64,000 bases of DNA from Acidimicrobiales bacterium. Its GTDB lineage: Bacteria > Actinomycetota > Acidimicrobiia > Acidimicrobiales > WLNW01. The notes under the pieces were generated by a model. It searched no databases, was not told where the DNA came from, and saw only the letters and a program-made list of their open reading frames with translations. Shown here one piece after another: positions 1 through 9,183 of this stretch. The stretch is taken from NCBI GenBank assembly GCA_039934635.1, contig JBDTLT010000001.1, positions 66,315 to 130,314 on the forward strand, in the 5' to 3' direction. The first letter of the stretch is position 1. The number at the start of each line of letters is the position of its first letter. Made by a program: the position numbers and the translations under genes.

Positions 1-892
1 GCCGTTTGTCGGAACCCTCGGGCCATGGCAGGCGGGCGCGCACACGCCGTACCTTTTCGTGCACGAAGGGAAGGTCGAGTACTCCGGACGCGCTCATCTC
101 GCTCGGGAAGAGTCCGACGAAGCGAATATCGCCGGCCGTCCCGTTGATCGCGACGACATCGAGGCGAGCGTCGCGATACAGCGGTGAGCGGATGAGGGTG
201 GTGCCGGTGCGGATCTCTGCCGTAGATCCGTTGTCGTGGGCCGGCGGTCGGGCCGCGTCGGCGAACGCCGGCGCCCGTAACAGTCCGAACCGCTCTGGCC
301 CGTCACCGTGCGCGGCCAACGCGCCGAGCAGCACGAAGTCGTCGGTGAGCCACTGCCGCACCTCGGGTGAGTCGACCTCCGCGACGAGACGGTGCATCGC
401 GGCGCGGTCGTCATGCACGTACGCGAGCAGAGTCAAGGTCTCCCTCACCCGGGTCGCTGTCTGATCTCGCATCGCCTCGTCTTCGATGCGGTCGACTTCG
501 ACGTAGACCAACGCGGTGAGGGGTGCGTCCATCGAGGGGTCGGGTCGTTCGACGCGCATCACGTGGCCGTCGGAATCTCTCTCGACGACGATCAGCGTCT
601 GGAACAGACGATGAACGGTCTGTTCGTTGAGTACGAGCGAAATCGACTCGGCAAGGTGCGCCATCGCGTTTGTGATCACGATGATCGACGTGTGCGGGCC
701 GTTGTCATTGCTGACCACGACGGCCCGGCCGGCCTCGAGCGCAGTCCACAGTGTCCGTAGCCAGTCGAGCGTGTCGGCGTCGGCCGTGTTTTCGAGATCG
801 TCGGAGGAGAGGTCGGCGAGCAACGCTCTGCCGAACTGCGCGAATGCCGTGGATCGATCGCGGTCGAGTTCCTTCACCAGGTCTTCGAACAT
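1..892 (-). CDS. Large NAD-specific glutamate dehydrogenase (Bac_GDH type), N-terminal ~297 codons; gene continues beyond the left edge
   Basis: Not in the ORF track because there is no stop in the window. Hand translation of the minus strand from the ATG at 892-890 stays open to position 1: MFEDLVKELDRDRSTAFAQFG...LIRSPLYRDARLDVVAINGTAGDIRFVGLFPSEMSASGVLDLPFVHEKVRRVRARL. The RFxGLFxS...P....KVRR block recalls the N-terminal region of ~1600-aa actinobacterial NAD-GDHs. Assignment is from memory only. Confidence 0.5.
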   Translation of the reverse strand, partial: MFEDLVKELDRDRSTAFAQFGRALLADLSSDDLENTADADTLDWLRTLWTALEAGRAVVVSNDNGPHTSIIVITNAMAHLAESISLVLNEQTVHRLFQTLIVVERDSDGHVMRVERPDPSMDAPLTALVYVEVDRIEDEAMRDQTATRVRETLTLLAYVHDDRAAMHRLVAEVDSPEVRQWLTDDFVLLGALAAHGDGPERFGLLRAPAFADAARPPAHDNGSTAEIRTGTTLIRSPLYRDARLDVVAINGTAGDIRFVGLFPSEMSASGVLDLPFVHEKVRRVRARLPWPEGSDKR

Positions 893-932
893 CTGGCCTC
901 CAAGCCTGGGACGCACATTAGGCTCGCAGGAT

Positions 933-2135
933 ATGGACTCGCACTACACCATCATCTCGGCCGACTGCCACGCGGGTGGCAGCCATCAGCAGTATCGCGA
1001 ATACCTCGACCCGCAGTACCGAGACGACTTCGACGCGTGGCGCGGCCGCTACAAGAACCCGTTCCGTGATCTGCAGGACGGCGGACGCATCCGCAACTGG
1101 GACGACGACCGCCGCAACAGCGATCTCGAACGCGATGGCCAAGTGGCCGAGGTCGTGTTCCCCAATACGGTGCCGCCTTTCTTCCCGAGTTTCGTGCTTT
1201 TCGCGGGGCCGCCGAAGCCCGACGAGTACGAGCATCGCTCCGCCGGCATTCGTGCGCACAACCGCTGGCTCGTCGACTTCTGCAATCGTTTCCCCGAACG
1301 ACGCGCGGGCATCGGCCAGATCTTCGTCAACGACGTCGACGATGCCATCGAGCAGGTGAAGTGGATCAAGGACAACGGTCTGCGCGGTGGCATCTTGCTA
1401 CCCAACGTGGCGCCCGACGTCAAGTGGGTCAAGCCCCTCTACGACCCCGAGTACGACCGTCTCTGGGCCGTCTGCCAAGACCTCGAAGTGCCCATCAACG
1501 TGCACGGTGGCACCGGCGCACCCGACTACGGCAAGTACGCAGTTGCCAATCTGTTGTTCATCAACGAGGTCAGCTTCTACTCCCAGCGTCCGTTGGTGCA
1601 GTTCATCTTGTCCGGCATCTTCGAGCGGTTCCCCAAACTGAAGTTCGTCATCACCGAGACCGGCGGGGCGTGGGTCCCGGGTTTGTTGAAGAACCTCGAT
1701 CGAACGATCGACCGCATTCGCAAGACGGGTCGCACGGGGGAGTTGGCGTATACCGACGAGCACAAGCTCACCAAGCTCGCATCCGAATACTTCGCGCAGA
1801 ACTGTTACGTCGGCGTGAGCCAACCCGGGCCCCTCGATGCGGCGGCTCGCTACGCCATCGGCATCGACAAGTTCATGTGGGGCAGCGACTACCCGCACGA
1901 CGAGGGCACGATGCCCTACACGCGCGAACACCTCCGGCAGATTTTCAGCGGTACGCCCGAGGCCGAGATGCGCAAGATCCTCGGCGGCAATGCAGCCGCG
2001 GTCTACGGATTCGACCTCGACAAGTTGGCGCCGCTGGCAGACAAAGTCGGGCCGACGGTCGGCGAGATCGCGTCCCCGCTCGACACGCTGCCCGACCCAC
2101 CGAACGAGGCACTCCTCAAAGGCGTCGAAGTCTGA
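933..2135 (+). CDS. Amidohydrolase-2 family metal-dependent hydrolase/decarboxylase (PF04909-like)
   Basis: In-frame ATG at 933 inside track ORF 627..2135; the upstream 102 codons look like shadow sequence. N-terminus MDSHYTIISADCHAGG and C-terminal MWGSDYPHDEG are typical of ACMSD/LigW-type amidohydrolases. Paralogs at 17479, 30715 and 58936. Confidence 0.8.
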   Translation: MDSHYTIISADCHAGGSHQQYREYLDPQYRDDFDAWRGRYKNPFRDLQDGGRIRNWDDDRRNSDLERDGQVAEVVFPNTVPPFFPSFVLFAGPPKPDEYEHRSAGIRAHNRWLVDFCNRFPERRAGIGQIFVNDVDDAIEQVKWIKDNGLRGGILLPNVAPDVKWVKPLYDPEYDRLWAVCQDLEVPINVHGGTGAPDYGKYAVANLLFINEVSFYSQRPLVQFILSGIFERFPKLKFVITETGGAWVPGLLKNLDRTIDRIRKTGRTGELAYTDEHKLTKLASEYFAQNCYVGVSQPGPLDAAARYAIGIDKFMWGSDYPHDEGTMPYTREHLRQIFSGTPEAEMRKILGGNAAAVYGFDLDKLAPLADKVGPTVGEIASPLDTLPDPPNEALLKGVEV

Positions 2136-2140
2136 GCATC

Positions 2141-3328
2141 GTGAGCATCACAGAGTTCGATCCATTCGAGGTAGATGCCGATATCCCTCACGACGCGCAT
2201 CGCGCGCTGCGGGCATCGTGCCCGGTCGCGCCGATACCGGTGGGGTGGTTCCTCGCCCGTCACGGCGACGTCGTCACCGGAGTGAAAGACGTCGACACGT
2301 TCCGATCCAGCTACCGCGAGCCGGGCGTGACGGTGCCCGAAGAAGAGTTGCTCGTCAGCGAGATGCCCGAACCCCGGCATGGCAAGGTGCGCCGCATCAT
2401 CAACGCGGTGGTCGCCCATCACAAGGCGATGCGCCTCGAGCCGTTCGTGCGAGAGTTGTCGTACGAATATCTCGAACCATTGTTGCAGCGCGGTCACGGC
2501 GAGATGGTCGAAGACTTTGCCGCGCCGATCCCGATCAACGTCATCTCGCACATGATCGGTGTGCCCCGCGAAGACTGGCCGTTGTTCCGTGGATGGTCCG
2601 ACGACGTCGTGCGCGGCGAGTACGTCAACAAGAACCGCACCGAGCGCGGCGAGGGGTTTGGCGGTGGCCATCCCGAGTTCGCCGCATACGTCGACGAGCT
2701 GATCCTGCAGCGGCGCATCCGCGACGATCGACCCGATGACCTCGTGACGCGGTTGCTGTTCACCGAGATCGACGGTCATCGACTGACCGACATCGAGATC
2801 CGTACGCAAGTGATCAGCTTGATCCTCGGTGGCAACGAGACGACACGCCACCTCATCGCCAACATGCTGGCGCGCATCGTGACGCGGCCCGACCTGTTCG
2901 ACGCGCTCAAGGCCGATCCGTCACTCGTGGCGAAGGCAGTCGAAGAGTCACTTCGCTTCGATCCGCCGATCCATCAGATGATCCGCACCATCGAGTCGCC
3001 GACCGACGTCTTCGGTGAGGCGATGTGCCCGGGCGAGAAGATCGTCTTCGGTGTCGCGTCGGCCAACCGCGACGAAGACGTCTTCCCGAGCTCCGACGAG
3101 TTCCGTCTCGATCGCCCCAACGGTCGCGAGCACTTGGCGTTCGGCGACGGCCCCCACATCTGCCCCGGCCAGGCCATCGCCCGCCTCGAAGCGCGGGTGA
3201 CCGTCGAGGTGTTCTGCGAGCGGGTTCGTCACGCGTATCCCGACGCGGGATGGGTCTACGAAAAGGTGCCGGTGTTCTGGGCGAACGGCCCCAAGACGCT
3301 GCCGCTCAACCTGGTCGCCGAAGCCTGA
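2141..3328 (+). CDS. Cytochrome P450 monooxygenase
   Basis: GTG at 2141, in frame in track ORF 1361..3328 and 5 nt after the upstream stop. Motifs: I-helix LGGNETT, ExxR (ESLRF), and heme-thiolate loop FGDGPHICPGQAIAR. Confidence 0.9.
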   Translation: MSITEFDPFEVDADIPHDAHRALRASCPVAPIPVGWFLARHGDVVTGVKDVDTFRSSYREPGVTVPEEELLVSEMPEPRHGKVRRIINAVVAHHKAMRLEPFVRELSYEYLEPLLQRGHGEMVEDFAAPIPINVISHMIGVPREDWPLFRGWSDDVVRGEYVNKNRTERGEGFGGGHPEFAAYVDELILQRRIRDDRPDDLVTRLLFTEIDGHRLTDIEIRTQVISLILGGNETTRHLIANMLARIVTRPDLFDALKADPSLVAKAVEESLRFDPPIHQMIRTIESPTDVFGEAMCPGEKIVFGVASANRDEDVFPSSDEFRLDRPNGREHLAFGDGPHICPGQAIARLEARVTVEVFCERVRHAYPDAGWVYEKVPVFWANGPKTLPLNLVAEA

Positions 3329-3340
3329 GCAACCCCCAGG

Positions 3341-4144
3341 TCAATAGTGCACCGCGCCGGCGAGCCCGCCGCCGGCGACGACCGCGTCGCCGGTGATCGA
3401 AACCGAGCGCGGTGACGCCAAGAACGCAACCACCCACGCGACCTCTTGGGCAGTGATGATCTTGCGCACGAGTATGCGCTGGGCCATCTGCGCCTCGAGT
3501 TCGTCGATGGAAACGCCGAGGCTTTCGGCCCGTGCTTCCATCGCGCCGATCACCGCCTCGGTCTTGGTCGCGCCGGGGTGCACCACGGTCACGTTGATGC
3601 CCGCCGGACCGAGCTCGTCCGCCAGCACCTTGGTGAGCGCGGCGACCGACACGTTGCGCACGGTCCCGATGATGCTGCCGCCGGTGCGGGCGGCGAGGCC
3701 GGAGATGTTGATGATGCGCCCCCAGCCGTTGGCGATCATCAGCGGCGCGACTTCGCGCGCGCAGCGCAGGTAACCCATGACCTTGACGTTGACGTCCTCG
3801 TAGAAGTTGTCGTCCGTGATCTCGGCCAGCTTCGGCGGAATACCGGGCCCGCCGCCCGGCTTGGCCGCGTTGTTCACGAGTATGTCGATGCCGCCGAGGT
3901 GCTCGCGCGCCTGCGCGACCATGGCGTGGACGGACGCGTCGTCGCCGGTCTCGACCACGACCGGGAAGATCGTGCGGCCTGTCGCGGCGCGCAGCTCGGC
4001 GGCGGCTTCGGCGAGGCGAGCGCGGTCGCGTGCCGCGATTGCGACGTCGCAGCCTTCGTCGGCGAGTGCTCGGGCGACGGCCTTGCCGATGCCGCGACTG
4101 CCGCCCGTCACCAGCGCGCGTTTGCCGTTCAGCTGCAGGTCCAT
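3341..4144 (-). CDS. Short-chain dehydrogenase/reductase (SDR)
   Basis: 267-aa ORF. N-terminal Rossmann motif KRALVTGGSRGIGKAVARALADEGCDVAIAARD, followed by NNAA and a classical SDR layout. Confidence 0.9.
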   Translation of the reverse strand: MDLQLNGKRALVTGGSRGIGKAVARALADEGCDVAIAARDRARLAEAAAELRAATGRTIFPVVVETGDDASVHAMVAQAREHLGGIDILVNNAAKPGGGPGIPPKLAEITDDNFYEDVNVKVMGYLRCAREVAPLMIANGWGRIINISGLAARTGGSIIGTVRNVSVAALTKVLADELGPAGINVTVVHPGATKTEAVIGAMEARAESLGVSIDELEAQMAQRILVRKIITAQEVAWVVAFLASPRSVSITGDAVVAGGGLAGAVHY

Positions 4145-4197
4145 CGGAACTCCCGTTCTGTTTCGGGCACCGTCCGCGCCCGCTGCTTCGTAGCACT

Positions 4198-5112
4198 ATG
4201 TTGACGCGCATGGAAAACCCTCCGCGCATCGTTCGTTCATTGGTCTTTTCGCTCGCCCACGACGAGGACAAGATTCTGCAGCTTGCCGAAAAGGGCATGG
4301 ACGCGATCTGTCTCGACATGGAAGACCTGACGCCGACCCCCTACAAAGAAGAGGCTCGACGCGTCGTGCCCGCTGTCGCGCCAAAGCTCGCCCAACGCGG
4401 CATCCTCGTGTTCGTTCGCACCAACAGCATCGCGGATGGCGCGGCGGCCGATCTCGACGCCGTGGTGTCGACCGACGTGCACTGCGTCAGCTTGCCCAAG
4501 GCCACCTCGGCTGAAGAGATGATCGAATACGCGGCCTTGGTAACGGCCGCGGAAGGCCTCAAAGACCTTCCACTCGGTTACACCCTCGTGCGACCGGTCA
4601 TCGAGACGGCGCTCGGGGTCAAGAACGCCTACGAGATCGCGGCCGCCTCACCGCGCGTGGCCTACATGGGGGGTGTATCCGGCAGCATGTGGGGCGATCT
4701 CGGTGCGTCCATCGGCTACACCCCGATGCCCGATGGCAAAGAGACCTTTTACGTACGGTCCAAGGTGATCGTCGATGTGCGTGCTGCGGGTGTGCCGTTC
4801 CCGATTGGTGGCGGGGGCACGTATCGCAAGGACGCAGAGGGATACCGTGAATTCGCGATCGAATGCAAGGGTCTCGGCTACAACGGCATGCACGTCGCGG
4901 GGTCGGCCGAGTTGATTGCGGTCGTCAATGCGGTGTTCACACCGACGCGAGAACAGATCGACGAAATCTTGCATCTGATGCCCTTCGTCGAGGCCGCCGA
5001 GCGCGATGGGCACACCACGTTCTACGTCGATGACCGCCTGTTCGATCTTGCGGGCGCCGTGAGAGCACGCGAGCAGCTCGATCTGGCGCGTCGTCTCGGC
5101 ATGATCGACTGA
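4198..5112 (+). CDS. HpcH/HpaI aldolase / citrate-lyase beta (CitE)-like acyl-CoA lyase
   Basis: ATG at 4198 in frame in track ORF 4030..5112 (alternative ATG at 4210). RSLVFSLAHDEDKILQLAEKGMDAICLDMEDL resembles the CitE/citramalyl-CoA lyase N-terminus (R..LF.P......K......D....DLED). About 305 aa. Confidence 0.7.
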   Translation: MLTRMENPPRIVRSLVFSLAHDEDKILQLAEKGMDAICLDMEDLTPTPYKEEARRVVPAVAPKLAQRGILVFVRTNSIADGAAADLDAVVSTDVHCVSLPKATSAEEMIEYAALVTAAEGLKDLPLGYTLVRPVIETALGVKNAYEIAAASPRVAYMGGVSGSMWGDLGASIGYTPMPDGKETFYVRSKVIVDVRAAGVPFPIGGGGTYRKDAEGYREFAIECKGLGYNGMHVAGSAELIAVVNAVFTPTREQIDEILHLMPFVEAAERDGHTTFYVDDRLFDLAGAVRAREQLDLARRLGMID

Positions 5113-5132
5113 CGCCGCGACGCAACGCTGCC

Positions 5133-7487
5133 GTGTCCACATCATTGCCATTTGCGGGCATCACCGTGGTCGACCTCACTTGTGATGTCGGCGAGTTGTG
5201 CGGACGGATACTGGCCGAGCTCGGTGCCCATGTCATCAGGGTCGAGCCGCCGGGCGGCTCCCCGTCCCGATCGCGTGACGACGGCATCTGGTGGGCGTAC
5301 CGCAACGCCAACAAGCACGGCCTCGTGGTCGACCTCGACGACGCCGATGAACGAGCCCGCCTCGACGTGATCTTGGCCGGTGCCGATGTCCTGCTCGATT
5401 CGCCGGACCCGGCCGCGCATCGACCGGCACTGGACCCTGTCGCGCTGTCGGCCCGTCATCCGCAACTGGTTGTCTGCGCGCTCACGTGGTTCGGCCGGCA
5501 CGGCCCGTATTCGAACTATGTCGCCACCGACGACGTGGTCGTGGCGATGTCAGGGTTGTTGTCGTCGTCGGGCGCATCGTCGCAACCGCCGGTGTCGATG
5601 CCCGGTTCGTTGGCATCCGACGTGGCCAGTGTGATGGGCGCGGTGGCGACGGCGCTCGCGCTCGAGCAACGGCAATCCACCGGTCGAGGCCAAGTCCTCG
5701 ACGTGTCCGCCCTCGAAGCGGTTGCCCAGATCGACAGCTGGGCGATGCCCAACGCCTCGGCGATCGTCAACGCCGGGGGTCAAGCGCGCCGCGTGCGCGC
5801 CGGCGAAAAAGGTTTGTACCCCGCGTTGCGGGTCACCGACGGCTGGGCGCGGTTGGTGCTCATGGCGCCGCGCCAGTGGTGGTCGCTCTTCGAATGGATG
5901 GGGTCACCCGAAGCGTTTGCCGATCCTTACTGGCAGCACCCGTTCAATCGATTCGCCAACACCGATGTGCTGAACCCGGTACTCCAGGAGTTCTACGGAT
6001 CGATGTCGGCGACCGAGGCGTCGGTCGAATCGCAGCGGCGGGGCCTGGTCGTCACCCCGATGCTGACGCCGAGTCAAGTGGTCGCCGACGAACACTTGCG
6101 GTCGAGGGGCACGTTCGTCGATGTCGAGTTGGCCAACGGCGCAGTGGTGCCGATGACCAATGGGCTGTTCGAGTTCGACGGTCAGCGGGCGGGCTTTTCC
6201 CGCAACGCTCCGAGCCTCGGTGACAACGACGAGATGCCGTCGCCCGGCGCGCCGCCGACCGCGGACGGCAGTGCGCGCTCGCGCCCTCTCGAAGGCGTGC
6301 GCGTGCTCGACTTCGGCCACGGCGGCGTGGGTGTGCAAGGTGGACGCCTGCTCGCAGAGTACGGCGCGGACGTCATCAAGATCGAGGGCCGTAGCTATCC
6401 GGACTTCATGCGGTCGATGAGCGGGGGCGAGATGACGCCGTCGTTCGCGTCGTCGAGTCGCAGCAAACGCAGCTTCGGCGTCGATCTCAAGAAGAGCGAA
6501 GGCATCGCGTTGGTACAGCAGTTGGTTGCGCACGCGGACGTGGTGATCGAGAACAACTCCACCGGCACGATGCGCGCACTCGGCCTCGGGTATGAGGCGC
6601 TGCGCGAGGTCAACCCGGCGATCGTGTACGTCTCGAGTCAGATGCTCGGTTCGCGCGGTACTCGAGCGCAGTGGTCGGGGTATGGCCCATCGGCGCAGGC
6701 CTATGGCGGGCTCTCTCATCTCTGGCGCTTCGCCGATAGCGACCCGGTGCCCAACATGCAGAACCATCCCGATCTGCTTGCCGGCTATCTCGTCGCGCTC
6801 GGCGCGATCGCCGGTCTCGCTGGTCGTGCTCGCACCGGTGTGGGAGTGCACTGTGAATTGGCCCAGACCGAAGTCATCGTGAACCTGCTCGGCGATCTCT
6901 TGCTCGCCGAGGCGCTCGCACCGGGCACCGTGGGTCCCGACGGCAATGACGACTCTCGTGGTGCGCCGTGGGGCGTGTTCCCGTGCCTGGGCGATGAGCA
7001 GTGGTGCGTGATCTGTGTGCGCGACGACCGCGAATGGCAGGGCCTCGTGGCCGCGATGGGCACCCCGGAGTGGGCGGCAGAAAGCCGTTGGTCGCGATCC
7101 GCCGATCGTCTCGCGGCGCGTGACGAGCTCGGCGCGCTCGTTGCCGACTGGACCCGATCACTCTCGCCCGACGAGGTCACGGCCGCCTGCCAGCAGCAGC
7201 GGGTACCTGCGGGACCGATGCGCTATCCGGTCGAATTGTTGAACGACCCGCAACTCGTGAGCCGAGGATTCCCCACGCGCATCGAACAACCCGGCGCCGG
7301 ATCCCTCATCGTCGACGGGTCGTCGTTCGTCGCGAGCGGCATGGCGCCACCGGTGATCGAGCCGGCGCCCGCGCTCGGCGAGCACACGCGATCGATCGCG
7401 CGCCAATTCTTGAGCCTCGACGATTCCGAGATCGATCGGCTGATCGAGTCAGGTGTGCTCGAGGTGCCGGCAACTTCTCCGCTCTGA
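5133..7487 (+). CDS. Tandem-fused double family III CoA-transferase (CaiB/BaiF family, two complete domains)
   Basis: 784-aa ORF with GTG start. The family III N-terminal signature occurs twice: FAGITVVDLTCDVGELCGRILAELGAHVIRVEPPGG (aa ~7) and LEGVRVLDFGHGGVGVQGGRLLAEYGADVIKIEGRSYPDF (aa ~388). Size and architecture recall ~780-aa mycobacterial double-CaiB proteins. Confidence 0.85.
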   Translation: MSTSLPFAGITVVDLTCDVGELCGRILAELGAHVIRVEPPGGSPSRSRDDGIWWAYRNANKHGLVVDLDDADERARLDVILAGADVLLDSPDPAAHRPALDPVALSARHPQLVVCALTWFGRHGPYSNYVATDDVVVAMSGLLSSSGASSQPPVSMPGSLASDVASVMGAVATALALEQRQSTGRGQVLDVSALEAVAQIDSWAMPNASAIVNAGGQARRVRAGEKGLYPALRVTDGWARLVLMAPRQWWSLFEWMGSPEAFADPYWQHPFNRFANTDVLNPVLQEFYGSMSATEASVESQRRGLVVTPMLTPSQVVADEHLRSRGTFVDVELANGAVVPMTNGLFEFDGQRAGFSRNAPSLGDNDEMPSPGAPPTADGSARSRPLEGVRVLDFGHGGVGVQGGRLLAEYGADVIKIEGRSYPDFMRSMSGGEMTPSFASSSRSKRSFGVDLKKSEGIALVQQLVAHADVVIENNSTGTMRALGLGYEALREVNPAIVYVSSQMLGSRGTRAQWSGYGPSAQAYGGLSHLWRFADSDPVPNMQNHPDLLAGYLVALGAIAGLAGRARTGVGVHCELAQTEVIVNLLGDLLLAEALAPGTVGPDGNDDSRGAPWGVFPCLGDEQWCVICVRDDREWQGLVAAMGTPEWAAESRWSRSADRLAARDELGALVADWTRSLSPDEVTAACQQQRVPAGPMRYPVELLNDPQLVSRGFPTRIEQPGAGSLIVDGSSFVASGMAPPVIEPAPALGEHTRSIARQFLSLDDSEIDRLIESGVLEVPATSPL

Positions 7488-7516
7488 GGACCGCTCGGGC
7501 CCGCCGCCTTCGGCGG

Positions 7517-8242
7517 CTACACACCCCACGGGCTGACGTCGACGCCGAGGCTACGCATCCGCTCGAAAATGGCCTCGGGGTTCATCGACTGGGCCGGCCA
7601 GTGATAGTCCCAACCGCGGATGCCGACCGCGGGTTCGACATAGCGCCGCACCTGATCGAGCGTCATGTAGACGCCGCGCCGACCGATCATCTTTTCGTAT
7701 TGCTCGCCGTGCGCGCGATCGATCACGAGGTTGGTGTTGTCGCACATGTACTTCATGTCGTCGTGTACCCAGTCCCACGGCGGCACGGCAATGTGCACGA
7801 GCGGATCAGCCGGTGCGGTGCGCTGAATCTCGAAGGACTTTGACCACAATGTGATCGGATCGAGGCAACAGGCGCAGTACGACTCGAGCCGTACCTCGTT
7901 GCCGTGGAACGCCGGCATGTTGGAGACCGCGACTGCTTCGTGCGCGCAACCGATGAAGCTGTGGAACTGGTCGTCGACGTACATCTCGACCTGGCTGGGG
8001 AACGCCGAATACGGCGGTGCCTTGAGGATGTCGCAATTGGGCGAGTCTTGATCGACGACGACGACGATGCCGGTCTGCAGCAGCTTTAGCGCCTGCACGA
8101 TCTGCCGCCGCGTCAGCTCGGTGCCCTCGTGCATCTGACGCAGATTTGGTGCGCGGCCGGTCTCGGCCCAGAAGTCGAAAATGAACTTGCGCAGCAACAG
8201 TGATTCGTCGGTCCATTCGACCAAGGGAACGTATTGAGCCAT
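7517..8242 (-). CDS. Alkylmercury (organomercurial) lyase MerB-like family protein
   Basis: 241-aa ORF that aligns by eye along MerB. The N-terminal HTH-like LLLRKFIFDFWAETGRAPNLRQM matches LLVPLLRELAKGRPVS. FHSFIGCAHEAVAV matches LYAWCALDTLIF (Cys96 kept, Asp99->Glu). VRLESYCACCLDPITL matches ARVSSHCAATGAPVSL. KYMCDNTNLVID matches SFCCHVHFFAS (Cys159 kept). Confidence 0.6.
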   Translation of the reverse strand: MAQYVPLVEWTDESLLLRKFIFDFWAETGRAPNLRQMHEGTELTRRQIVQALKLLQTGIVVVVDQDSPNCDILKAPPYSAFPSQVEMYVDDQFHSFIGCAHEAVAVSNMPAFHGNEVRLESYCACCLDPITLWSKSFEIQRTAPADPLVHIAVPPWDWVHDDMKYMCDNTNLVIDRAHGEQYEKMIGRRGVYMTLDQVRRYVEPAVGIRGWDYHWPAQSMNPEAIFERMRSLGVDVSPWGV

Positions 8243-8319
8243 GGCCGCACACTAATGGTCGCGCGGGGGCGGGGCCGCGGCTGATGCTGCTACGGTCCGA
8301 CGGTCCGAGAGGGGGCCAT

Positions 8320-9138
8320 GTGGCGAAGGTTCTGTCCGCAATGCTGGCGGCGCAATTCGATCTCGATGGGCAGGTCGCGGTCGTCACCGGTGGTGCCAGT
8401 GGCATCGGGGAAGCAACGTGTGTGGTGCTCGCCGATGCCGGTGCCGCGGTGGTGGTTGCCGATATCGACGAGGCCGGCGCGGTACTCGCGGCGCGGCGCA
8501 TCACCGACGGGGGAGGGCGCGCCATCGCGGTACGCACCGATACGACGCGCCGGGCCGATCTCGATGCCGCCGCCGATCGGGCGGTCGCCGAGTTCGGTGC
8601 GCTCGACATCATGTGCAATGTCGCCGGCGTGCCGAGCGACGGACAAATCGAAGACGTGACCGAGGCCGAACTCGACCGCGTCGTCGCCATCAATATGAAA
8701 GGTGTCGTGTTCGGTTGCCAGGCGGCGCTGCGGGTCATGAAGCCGCGCGGCAGCGGCGTGATCGTCAACGTTTCGTCGACGGGCATCGACGTGCCGGTGC
8801 CCGGCAATGGTGTCTACGCAATGACCAAGGCCGCCGTCGCGATGTTGTCGATGGTGTTGGCGGCCGAAGCCGGCCCGCACGGCATCCGGGTCAACGCCAT
8901 CGCGCCGGGCGCGACGATCACCAATTTTTCGCAACGCCATCTCTACGACGACCAGGGCAACATCTCGCAAGAGAAGTTCGACGCCTTCGTCGAGCGGATG
9001 AAGGGGTTTTCGCCGCTGAACATCGTCGGCGAGGCGATGGATCAAGCGCTCTTGATCCTGTACCTGGTCGCGCCCGCCGGGCGCTACGCCACCGGCAACA
9101 TCTTCCGGGTCAACGGCGGCCAGGCCATGGCCTGGTAA
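8320..9138 (+). CDS. Short-chain dehydrogenase/reductase (SDR)
   Basis: Track ORF 8200..9138. I prefer GTG 8320, preceded by GAGAGGGGG; ATG 8341 is an alternative. An earlier start would overlap the divergent gene. Rossmann motif GQVAVVTGGASGIGEATCVVLADAGAAVVVADID. Confidence 0.85.
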   Translation: MAKVLSAMLAAQFDLDGQVAVVTGGASGIGEATCVVLADAGAAVVVADIDEAGAVLAARRITDGGGRAIAVRTDTTRRADLDAAADRAVAEFGALDIMCNVAGVPSDGQIEDVTEAELDRVVAINMKGVVFGCQAALRVMKPRGSGVIVNVSSTGIDVPVPGNGVYAMTKAAVAMLSMVLAAEAGPHGIRVNAIAPGATITNFSQRHLYDDQGNISQEKFDAFVERMKGFSPLNIVGEAMDQALLILYLVAPAGRYATGNIFRVNGGQAMAW

Positions 9139-9183
9139 CTGCGCCGCACGGCCGCGCTCCGATTCCCGCCTTTCCCGGGTGGG

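Noticed and set aside
627-932. N-terminal extensions of many track ORFs, such as 627, 1361, 4030, 18213, 29131, 31744, 34327, 39401, 40212, 41961, 44166, 47661, 49576 and 60758.
   Set aside because: The extensions are low-complexity, overlap the preceding gene, or precede a good internal start with a Shine-Dalgarno and a family-typical N-terminus. I trimmed each to the internal start.
3306-4319. Long Arg/Pro/Gly-rich ORFs on frames opposite or offset to the called genes. Examples: 3306..4319(-), 7806..8807(-), 9811..11010(-), 15221..16246(-), 21335..22615(-), 27048..28451(+), 28415..29416(-), 43540..44379(-).
   Set aside because: These are typical shadow ORFs of high-GC DNA. Their composition is low-complexity and Arg/Ala/Pro/Gly-dominated with no recognisable motifs. 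Each fully overlaps a gene with clear family signatures on another frame.
7517-8242. Interpreting the MerB-like gene as part of a mercury resistance locus.
   Set aside because: No merA, merR, merT, merP or any metal transporter is present nearby. The context is purely catabolic.
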